Positions 6,140 to 14,700 of a DNA stretch of 34,300 bases are shown piece after piece. How positions within the stretch are numbered: position 1 is the stretch's first letter; every line of letters begins with the position of its first letter. The notes beneath the pieces are model-generated. The model saw only the letters and a program-made list of their open reading frames with translations. It was not told the origin of the DNA and ran no database searches. Position numbers and translations under genes: made by a program. The DNA comes from an uncultured Gammaproteobacteria bacterium (lineage in GTDB: Bacteria > Patescibacteriota > Patescibacteriia > UBA2591 > CAZVCF01), in assembly GCA_964626355.1 (NCBI GenBank), contig CAZVCF010000001.1:26936-61235 (forward strand), written 5' to 3'.

Positions 6140-8305
6140 TTATAGCTTTAGCTTCTTGTTTAGCGCCACGATTGAGCGGAATTCGTCGTAGGTCAGGGTT
6201 TGCGCGCCTGCAGCTTCTTTTCCTTTGATAATGTCTTGCGGCGATTTCAAATTCGCAAATGATTCGTTCATAATCGCGAGATACATTTGATAGAACGGCG
6301 ATTGTTTGAATGCTTGTATGCCCTTCGCCTTCTTCTCAAGGGAGTCTTCTCCCAATAGATTAATTTTATCTAAAATTTTTGAAGTTGCCTCATCGAAATT
6401 CGCATACTTGCGGATATCAGCAAGCGTGATTGACGACAACTCTTCCGCAATGCCATATATTTTTGTCTTCACTTTAATCTCAGCGACTTTGGGGCGGACA
6501 TCGATATCCGCATCGCTTATCGTCTCCTGTGCGCTTTTTACTGCTTGTCGTTGAATACTCGCTTCGTCGCTTCGGATGTCGGAGGTCGGATTTCGGAGGT
6601 CGGATTTCGGAGGTCGGATTTCGGACAACGGCGGCGCGATAAGCGTTTCTTGCATCGCCCCGTTTAATGCCGGAAGTGATAATTTTTGCATCTCACATAT
6701 AAACGGCCCGTGTTCAAAAAGACATTTTTTATACTCCAAGTCGTCCCTCGACTTGTCCCCCGAAGCCTTGGCGAAGGAGGATTCACTTGTCATACCATAT
6801 TTCTGAGGCGGCGCTATTTTTGCTTCAACGACAATTTCTTTCGACGATTCATTATCTGACGCAACCTGAATCGTTTTCTCTTGTTTCACCTCGCCGAAGT
6901 CTTGAATGGATGCGGACTTTGCCTCGCCGAAGCCTTCTTCTTTAGCGAAGGCAGACGTTGGCACCGTTTCCTGTTTTATTGTTTCTTGTGGCTGTGCGAC
7001 TTCTGGTTCATCATGTTTAATTCTTTCAAAAGATATTGGTTCGCCAATCGGCAAATTCTCTGGTGGCTCTCGCATAATTACTCCTTCTCGTCCGCGTAAA
7101 TCCGCGTCTTTTCTATCTGCGTTGATCCGCGTCTCCTCTTGTCCGCGTTGGTCTGCGTCTTCTTTGTCCGCGTTTATCTGCGTTTCCTCTTCTTTTTCGC
7201 GCGGCGGAGAAACGACGACTGTTTCACGCATTAACGGGATCGCGGACACCGTTGCCACAGACGGCTGATATTCCGATACGGCTTTTGAACCAATTTTTTT
7301 TGATTTCAAAAATAAAATAATTTCTGTTATTTTTTCTGGAGATGTTTTTTTGCCATCGTTCGCAAGCGAACGCTCAATCGCGTCTTTGAGCGCGATTGCA
7401 TCGCGCGCGCCACCAAGATAACTCTCAATAATCGCCGCGTATTTTTGAACTGCGTCTACTGACAACGAAAGATTAAATTTGTCATTCATCTCCTGCGTGA
7501 TTTGCAGAGGAACTATTTTTATTTTTGATAAAGCGCCGACTTCCTCTTTCTGTTTCTCTATTTCTTTAATCTCATTTTCATCAAGAAAATCGCCGAATTC
7601 ATTTGTCATCCTTTCAAGAGACGCTGACTCACGCTGACTGCTGGGGACGCTGACCAACGCTGACTGCTGGGGACGCTCTTCGTCGTTTTCTTTATCCGCG
7701 TAAATCCGCGTTTCCTCTTGTCCGCGTAAATCCGCGTTCTTCTTATCTGCGTTTATCTGCGTTTCCTGCAATGTCTCTTCTAAAAGCGCGTTAAGCTCTT
7801 CATCAAGGGACGCTGATTCACGTCTCCCGTCTGCGTTAGTCTCCGTTTCAGTCTGCGTTGGCCCGCGCTCTTCGTTTGCTTGTTGATAATTGATTGTTGA
7901 TTGTTGATAGTTAGCAATCGCTTGTTTCTCCTCTTCCAACATTTTTCTGATTTCGTCTTCAGGAAGCCATTCCTTAATCAACTGCTTGCATTCCGGTAGC
8001 CATTTTTCGAAATCCTTACGCAACACAAACAAAATTTTCGCCGCAAGTTGTTTCGCCTCTGCCTCGTTGATTTTCAAATAATACACAAAATAACTCGGCA
8101 TTTCGCGAGGAAGATCACCATTATACAAAATCCATTGAATAATAGTTTTAATATGCGCGCTTTTCACTATATCGTACATAGCAGTCATTTGCGCGAATCG
8201 TCTTTCTGTCGAATAACGATCAACTAATGCGATTAATTCTTCTGTCGCGCTATCTTCTTTTTCTTCAAAATTGTCCGATATAATTTTATAATTTTTGCTA
8301 TCCAT
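6140..8305 (-). CDS. Hypothetical soluble 721-aa protein with globular N- and C-terminal regions joined by a mosaic of repeat-derived low-complexity segments
   Basis: ATG at 8305, with an open frame of 2.1 kb. There is no TM helix or signal peptide. The middle contains INADKxxADLRGQEETRI modules (twice), SDIRSD/SDLRNP, QQSTINYQQ and FAKASGDKS/FGEAKSAS segments, encoded by repeats that are non-coding elsewhere in the window. Confidence 0.6.
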   Translation of the reverse strand: MDSKNYKIISDNFEEKEDSATEELIALVDRYSTERRFAQMTAMYDIVKSAHIKTIIQWILYNGDLPREMPSYFVYYLKINEAEAKQLAAKILFVLRKDFEKWLPECKQLIKEWLPEDEIRKMLEEEKQAIANYQQSTINYQQANEERGPTQTETETNADGRRESASLDEELNALLEETLQETQINADKKNADLRGQEETRIYADKENDEERPQQSALVSVPSSQRESASLERMTNEFGDFLDENEIKEIEKQKEEVGALSKIKIVPLQITQEMNDKFNLSLSVDAVQKYAAIIESYLGGARDAIALKDAIERSLANDGKKTSPEKITEIILFLKSKKIGSKAVSEYQPSVATVSAIPLMRETVVVSPPREKEEETQINADKEDADQRGQEETRINADRKDADLRGREGVIMREPPENLPIGEPISFERIKHDEPEVAQPQETIKQETVPTSAFAKEEGFGEAKSASIQDFGEVKQEKTIQVASDNESSKEIVVEAKIAPPQKYGMTSESSFAKASGDKSRDDLEYKKCLFEHGPFICEMQKLSLPALNGAMQETLIAPPLSEIRPPKSDLRNPTSDIRSDEASIQRQAVKSAQETISDADIDVRPKVAEIKVKTKIYGIAEELSSITLADIRKYANFDEATSKILDKINLLGEDSLEKKAKGIQAFKQSPFYQMYLAIMNESFANLKSPQDIIKGKEAAGAQTLTYDEFRSIVALNKKLKL
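6572..6626. repeat. Tandem 14-nt repeat tcggatttcggagg (~3.9 copies) inside the 721-aa CDS
   Basis: Units are at 6572-6585 (one substitution), 6586-6599, 6600-6613 and 6614-6626 (partial). The related motif tcggatttcg also occurs in the intergenic element at 31053-31085. Confidence 0.9.
7091..7187. repeat. 'ccgcgtaaatccgcg / atctgcgtt' repeat block, copy 1, in frame in the 721-aa CDS
   Basis: tccgcgtaaatccgcgtc...atctgcgttgatccgcgtc...gtccgcgtttatctgcgtttcc encodes ETQINADKEDADQRGQEETRINADRKDADLRG. Confidence 0.85.
7694..7766. repeat. 'ccgcgtaaatccgcg / atctgcgtt' repeat block, copy 2, in frame in the 721-aa CDS
   Basis: atccgcgtaaatccgcgtttcctcttgtccgcgtaaatccgcgttcttcttatctgcgtttatctgcgtttcc encodes ETQINADKKNADLRGQEETRIYADK. 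Confidence 0.85.
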
Positions 8306-8320
8306 AGATGCGATAATAAT

Positions 8321-11300
8321 TTATTTATTCTCTGATCGTTCTCCTCCAGACGCTTTTGGTGGCGGCTGTTCTTTTGTTTCTTTTTTTCTCTTTTGCGTGC
8401 TCTTTAGCTGCGCGCCATATCTCTTCTCAACTTCTTTATTAATATTTTTTTCTGCTTCTTCCGTCTCGTCAATAGTTTTTTTTGCTTTTTCTATTCTTTT
8501 CGTCAATAGATCAATTTGCGGATCCAGCGCATTGCTTTGCTCCAAAGTATATTTTTCTTGTATATCCAATAATTCTTTTTTCGCTGCATCAATATCTTCC
8601 TTCGCACGCTCTTTGTCCATTACGATTATGCTCTCTGTTTTTCCCTTTGCGACTTCTGGCACTACATCGCGAATCGCGATACGCAATGATGGGCTAATGC
8701 CTAATTTAGGCTCATTCAATATCCGTTCAAGAATCCTTGGATTATCCACTAATCCACCCACAAATTCTTTTAAATTCTCTGGCTTCTCTAAAACTATATT
8801 TTCAATTCCCTGTATTTCTATATCAGCGAAAATACGTGGATCTTTAAGATGCTTTCCTAAATCAGCGTAAGTAATATTTCCTTTATCTAACGCCTGCGAA
8901 AGCATAAGCGGTTTTTTTGTTGTTTTTACAGAGTTTACAATTAAATCAACTGAATATTTTTTGTTGTCTAATTCTTGTTGTTGTTGTTCGTTTGATGCGA
9001 TTTCGCTCTGTTTGTATTGGTATTCATCGCTCTTTTTTGCAACAGCTTCCGCCTCACCATCAGAAAGATCGGGCTTTTTCTCTTTCGCTTCCTGTATTTT
9101 TTTATTTTTAATAACTTCTAATTCTTTTTGCAATACAAGTTTATGCGCTTGTAATACAGTTGTTTGATTTTTCATATGATCTGAGAATTGTTCCATTTTA
9201 TTCAATCCTTTAGCCACTGCGTCTTGAATCGCCGGAGGCAAACGTTTATAATCCCGATCAAAACGATCGCCCAATCCAGAAACAATCGCGTGCGCAAATC
9301 GTTCTGCTGATTCTTCGCTCAAATGCTGTGCCTGATCAGGATTTTTACTGATATAAGAACCGAACTCCGCGTCATTTTTGAAATTTTTCTCAAGAGCGGT
9401 TTTCTGATCCACCCCTCTATTGATATCAATAATAAGATTACCTGCTATAGATTTCGCAAAATCCTGAAGTCCTGCTGGAGTTTTGTCATCATAAGCGATT
9501 TTATTAAATCCTTCGCGGACTAAATCTTTATTTGCAAGCGACGCGTCTTTCATCTGATTAGAGATATTCGGGTTCGCATCAGCAAAATCTTTTAACATCG
9601 CACTTCTGTTCGTTGTCATATCAGGCGTATCTTCTGTTGTATGAGTGAACGCTTTCATCATATTTTCAATATAATCTTTATTATTCAAATTAGTGCGGTC
9701 AATGGTGTATTCTTTGAAAAATGCGCTTATACCTTTATCATCAATTCCATTAGCGCGCAATGTATCAAACTTGCCAGTATTAATCGCTAAAAACTCCGCG
9801 GCAAGCGCGCGATGATCATTGCCCAAACCCTTGCCAGTTGCATCAGCTTTAAAAGTAGTTTCATCAACTTTAAAATTGTTAAAAAAATCTTTTTTATCCT
9901 CTGGCTTGATATCTCGGTATACCTCTTTTAAAAATGTGTCAAACTTTTCTTTTGTCATATCACGCGATTTTGCGATATCCGGGATAAGATCCGCGCGATC
10001 TTTCGCGCTCAATGAATTCATATCTACCTGACCGCTATTGATTCGATTAGCCAATCTTCCTCTTTCCTCTGGATTGTTGAGTTTATATGCTAATGAAGCG
10101 AATTGTTTGCTAATACCAAGCGTATCAATCCCTTGTTCAGTATCTAAAAGACCTATTTTTTTAAGCGCGTCTATATGTTTATTCATAATCTCTCCCCCTT
10201 TAATCTCTTTCCCTTCATCATCTTTCTCATCTTTTAATTTTAATCCTCCCTTGCGCCCTGCTAAGATTTTTATCATTGCCAATGATTCATCGCTTCCTGC
10301 TCGTGTTTTGCTTAATCGCTCTTGCAGTCCCTTTGTATCTAAATTTTTAAATTTTAAATTAGCCAAAAGCTCTATTTCTTTTTCTTTTCGGCTTGTCGTA
10401 AGTTGATCGGCCGCTAATTCCATCCGCGTCTTATCTTTATATATATCTTCTTTCCCTTGTACTTTCTTATAAAGATTTTTTAGATTAAGATATTTTCCGG
10501 CAACCGAAGCTCCTTTCACCCATTTTTCCGCGGAGAAATCAATTGCTCTACCGCGCGCGCGAGAAAAAATATTTCCCTCTTTTCCTGCCGCTCTTTTTGC
10601 TTCCTCGCGTCGTTTTGAAAAATCCTTGCGCAACTTCTTCGCTTTCATAAAATCTTCCGTCTTTTTTACCAATGTCCCTGCGGCTCCGCCCATTTGTGAT
10701 GCCATTGAAATGCTCATTTGCAAACCTCCTAAAAGCAACGCGATACCGATTATAAAATTCAGCATATACGCGGGCGTGCCGCTTGTTCCGGGGCCGACGG
10801 TCACGCCGCCTTCCTGTAATTTACTTTCCGCGCCGCCCATTTTCATTGTTCCTCCAATACCTTTATCACCCGCATCCGCAACAACCGCGAGCGCGAGCCA
10901 CAAAAAAAATGCAATAAAGGGCCCGACCATCACCGTTGTGCTAAATTTTGACCACCAATCGGTCGCAAAGCGTCGCGTAAACGGCAATATTGTTCCCACA
11001 AACGCGATCGGAGACATTGCCACTAAAAGCCACAACGATACAATACGCGCGACAATAATAGACAACATTACGCCGACGACAATAACGGCGATTACTAATA
11101 ACACGATTGCGAGAATGAGCGAGCCAAGAAGATTTCCAGTGCTTTGAGCGGTTGCCGGTCCATTCGCCGTTTCCACCATATCTTTGATGCCTAACAAGGC
11201 TGCCATATTCCCCTCGCCCGCGTCTTTAAGCGCGGACATAAAAGTCAACATCACCACTTGTCCGAAATCAATAAGCAATCCCGCGATCGCTTTGCTGAAA

Positions 11301-11701
11301 TTGACCATCACCGCCGCGGTTAATAACGCCGGCAATGTTTTACTGTAATGATATTCTTGCCAACCGAGCACGGTCGCGAATGAAATCACCAGCAAAATCA
11401 CAATGAAAAACATATTAAATACGTCGCGCAAAATTACCCATCCTTTTGTCACCGCTCCTGAATCCATAAACCCATTATATTGTCCAACCGCAATGACAAG
11501 GCGCACTTCAAGACCCAATAATTTCCCCAAAACATTAATAATCATTCCAAAAAATGATCCAAGCGCTGTATTTAACCACTCTTGCGCTAAAACAACATTC
11601 GGCGCGAATAACAAAAAAACGAATAGTGCGATACATAAACCAGCGCACATTTTTTTGTGTTGCGAAAAAAAATTAAAAAAAAATTTGCGAAATATAATCA
11701 T
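8321..11701 (-). CDS. VirB6/TrbL-like polytopic membrane protein with a ~750-aa charged C-terminal extension
   Basis: ATG at 11701; the ORF-track GTG at 11839 overlaps the upstream gene by 98 nt. The signal-like N-terminus is MIIFRKFFFNFFSQHKKMCAGLCIALFVFLLFAPNVVLAQE. The next ~350 aa hold at least 6 hydrophobic helices (e.g. FNMFFIVILLVISFATVLG, LGSLILAIVLLVIAVIVVGVMLSIIVARIVSLWLLVAMSPIAFV, VMVGPFIAFFLWLALAVV). A K/E/D-rich tail follows. Confidence 0.6.
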   Translation of the reverse strand: MIIFRKFFFNFFSQHKKMCAGLCIALFVFLLFAPNVVLAQEWLNTALGSFFGMIINVLGKLLGLEVRLVIAVGQYNGFMDSGAVTKGWVILRDVFNMFFIVILLVISFATVLGWQEYHYSKTLPALLTAAVMVNFSKAIAGLLIDFGQVVMLTFMSALKDAGEGNMAALLGIKDMVETANGPATAQSTGNLLGSLILAIVLLVIAVIVVGVMLSIIVARIVSLWLLVAMSPIAFVGTILPFTRRFATDWWSKFSTTVMVGPFIAFFLWLALAVVADAGDKGIGGTMKMGGAESKLQEGGVTVGPGTSGTPAYMLNFIIGIALLLGGLQMSISMASQMGGAAGTLVKKTEDFMKAKKLRKDFSKRREEAKRAAGKEGNIFSRARGRAIDFSAEKWVKGASVAGKYLNLKNLYKKVQGKEDIYKDKTRMELAADQLTTSRKEKEIELLANLKFKNLDTKGLQERLSKTRAGSDESLAMIKILAGRKGGLKLKDEKDDEGKEIKGGEIMNKHIDALKKIGLLDTEQGIDTLGISKQFASLAYKLNNPEERGRLANRINSGQVDMNSLSAKDRADLIPDIAKSRDMTKEKFDTFLKEVYRDIKPEDKKDFFNNFKVDETTFKADATGKGLGNDHRALAAEFLAINTGKFDTLRANGIDDKGISAFFKEYTIDRTNLNNKDYIENMMKAFTHTTEDTPDMTTNRSAMLKDFADANPNISNQMKDASLANKDLVREGFNKIAYDDKTPAGLQDFAKSIAGNLIIDINRGVDQKTALEKNFKNDAEFGSYISKNPDQAQHLSEESAERFAHAIVSGLGDRFDRDYKRLPPAIQDAVAKGLNKMEQFSDHMKNQTTVLQAHKLVLQKELEVIKNKKIQEAKEKKPDLSDGEAEAVAKKSDEYQYKQSEIASNEQQQQELDNKKYSVDLIVNSVKTTKKPLMLSQALDKGNITYADLGKHLKDPRIFADIEIQGIENIVLEKPENLKEFVGGLVDNPRILERILNEPKLGISPSLRIAIRDVVPEVAKGKTESIIVMDKERAKEDIDAAKKELLDIQEKYTLEQSNALDPQIDLLTKRIEKAKKTIDETEEAEKNINKEVEKRYGAQLKSTQKRKKETKEQPPPKASGGERSENK

Positions 11702-11741
11702 TGTATAAAAATTTTCAGTAAAAATGATTTTGAAATGGGTT

Positions 11742-14700
11742 CTAGTCAATATATCGCTCGTTTTGAGGATCCCAATTCGGATCTGGCGCGTTTCCGCACG
11801 GACCCCCTGCTGTTCTTGGATACGTGTAACAGGATCCACCGCCTTGATATTTTAATGGCGCGCCGGCAGAACCCTCCGGATCTAATAAATCTCCGTCGTC
11901 ACACTGCTCATAAGCCTCAACAATTCCATTACTACAAACATTCTGTTTGCACGATCGTGCTACATTAAAGCGTGGACAACTCGCGCTTGAATCATCACAG
12001 TCTTCTCCGGGTTCTATAATATCATTGCCGCAAATCGGAGCTGCGGCGCCAGTCGGCAGCCACGTGATACATTCCGCAATCTCTCCATTACGTGAAGTGT
12101 CGTATTCCAAACAATATCCTTTTTGCCCGCGATATATTTTTTCCTTCAAATCAATAAACGCCGACACCTCGCATTTGCCCGGATTGTTGCTTAAATCAAT
12201 TCCGCAATCGCCATCAGTACTACACGGTCTTCCGACCATATCCGGCCGCCCATTGATACAGGTCTTCGCACGAAATCTATTCGATGATTCATTATCATTC
12301 AAATAAAAAATCTGTGATTGTCCGACAGCAACTTTTTTATAATTACACTGACATTGCTCCAGAGACGTAGAAGTCGAATTACATACATTCACATTTACAT
12401 ATCCTAATCCTCCTTCTTCTACTGAACCACCGATAATCTGCTTAAACGGAGAATCTTTTTCCGGGAACGCCTTACAAATCTGTGGCGTTGTTGTCGCGAG
12501 ATCAAGTCCAAGCGATGATATACCGATAGACCCGTCACCATACGAAAAAAGACGCCGATCGCTTGTACGTTGATAGAGCGATTCAATCGGTTTTATATTC
12601 ATCAACGAATAACCTGAATAATCAAGACCGGTGAAGGTTACGTCGCGCTTAATATATTCTTGTTGATGCAACGCCGACGCGCTTGAAGTAGCGTGTATCA
12701 CGAGCACGAGATTATTCGGATCGTTTTCAAAATAACCGCGTCGTCCCTGACTGATACTTACACATTTGTTGCGATATTGCCCATTCAAATCATAGACCTG
12801 CTCATACGCGGTGCATGCAATCCACTCTCCGCAGGTACGGTCTTTACGCGCTTGAAAAATCACATTCGCATCGTTAAGGTTTGACATTTCACCTGGCTGT
12901 AAAGCAACGGGATCAATTAAACTATACGGCGGTGTCGCGTTTTTGCTTTTCTGGTAGGTCGCAGCGGTTTTATAATATTTCACCACATTGCTCTCTATAT
13001 CTTTCAACGATGTGTCAATCACCAATACGCAATCTTCGGCGGCGCTTACTTTACCTTGACATTCGCCTCTCTTCAAACGCGCGTTATTAAGATAATAATA
13101 TTTTTGCCGATTTAATTTTGATAAATTGTCTGGATCTGTTGGGTCAGGCACTTCAAATAACGAACATTTTTCTTTTGATGATGGGCACACTGCCGCCGCG
13201 TACTTTGTTGATTCATTTCCCCACGTATAACTCGGACTGACCGGATTATTTTCGAAATCGCACGCTTCTTCGGTGCCACGTTTGAACCATCCTGAAATTT
13301 TTGCTGAGGTAACTCCGTTGAGCACTACTGCGATGTTCGTTTTGTATTCGCACGTCTTAACCGGGTCCTTGAAATATACCTTTCCGCCGCTTGAATCTTC
13401 AAACGTCTGACATCCTGTTTTCTCCGAGCCACATAAAATAGAATTATCGCGATACCGATTCGGAGTATCTTTCACATATACGTTTCGATAAGTCGTTGCC
13501 TCGCCATTTGAACCGAGACTCGGCATTCCAAACCGGCTACATCCCATATTAAGCGCTGTACATTGTTTCGCCTTGAAATCATTTTTTTCAGGCGTGTATA
13601 CATAATACTCGATGGTGTCGGTTGCGATAGTCAGTGGCGCGTTGTTATACAATCCTTTGTCAACAGATTCAGAAAACGGTGTTAACGTATTTTGCGTATT
13701 GATAAACGCTTCGCATCCAACTTTTTGTTCTGAACATAAATTCGTAAATGATTTGAGCGTTTTTGTTTGTTTCGCGCGATTCGTATATGAGCGGCAACCA
13801 AGAAAGTTTGGTTCCGGCTTACACGAATCAGGCGTATTCCACGTATCGGAAATCAAATAAAAATTTTGATTTACTTCCTGTAAAAAAATATTGTCAAAAA
13901 ATACCGTTGGCGTTCCTCCGCCAAAATACTCAACCCGTATTGTCAGTTCGCTGTTTTGGTCGAAATCTCTATTAAGATAGAACGTGCCAAAATCAATTTT
14001 CTGCCATCCGATTGCGCCAGTTACCGGAGCGCCCCACCGAATTCCTCCAATAAACGCAGTTGCGGCAATATTTGTTGATACTGGATCCGGCACATTAATC
14101 CACGCGCTTAACGCATATGATCTTTCTCGTCGCACTAATGAACCGATTGGTCTTGTTATTGTTGCGACATACGGCGCGCTGCCTGTCCGTAGAACCATAA
14201 TTGAATGTCCTCCGAAATAAATTGACTCCGTGCTCATCTCGATAGTATTGCCACTATACGGCACGAATGAACCATTTTCGAAATTGTCATACAAAATCGT
14301 TCGTACATTCGCGCCGGCGTTGCCTTGATATTTTTCACAACCGACCGCGCTTGCGCTGCACGTTTTCCCTTGTGCCGCGATCGCCATAAAATTAATCTTC
14401 TCGCATGCGCCGTTATTCATCACACCATTGATTGAAACACACGTTGTTGTTGGCAGATCGTAAATCGCTGGTTCGGTTTTACGATACGCGGAACAGTCAG
14501 CGGAACACGAAATCGTATTTTCAAAAACACGATAATAAATTCCTCCTTTTGAATCGTAAAATTCCTTGCAATTCGGATTCACCAGCGCATCGTCGTGGCT
14601 CGCGCAATTACCCAAATCAACGCGCGGATTTGGAACGGTTTTTGGACCACCGCTTGCTGAATTTTCAGAAAGATAATAACGCTTCAATTGATAGCCACTT

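Noticed and set aside
8295-11147. Long + strand ORFs (8295-8870, 10038-10406, 10626-11147, and similar ones at 3027-3401, 15574-15843, 17794-18291, 29947-30552)
   Set aside because: They lie antisense within well-supported minus-strand genes. Their products are S/F/L/I/P-rich shadow translations with no recognisable motifs.
12045-12059. Sortase LPXTG signal (LPTGA) near the C-terminus of the giant protein
   Set aside because: The motif lacks the variable residue (LPxTG). It is followed by 100 hydrophilic Cys-rich residues rather than a hydrophobic helix and a basic tail.
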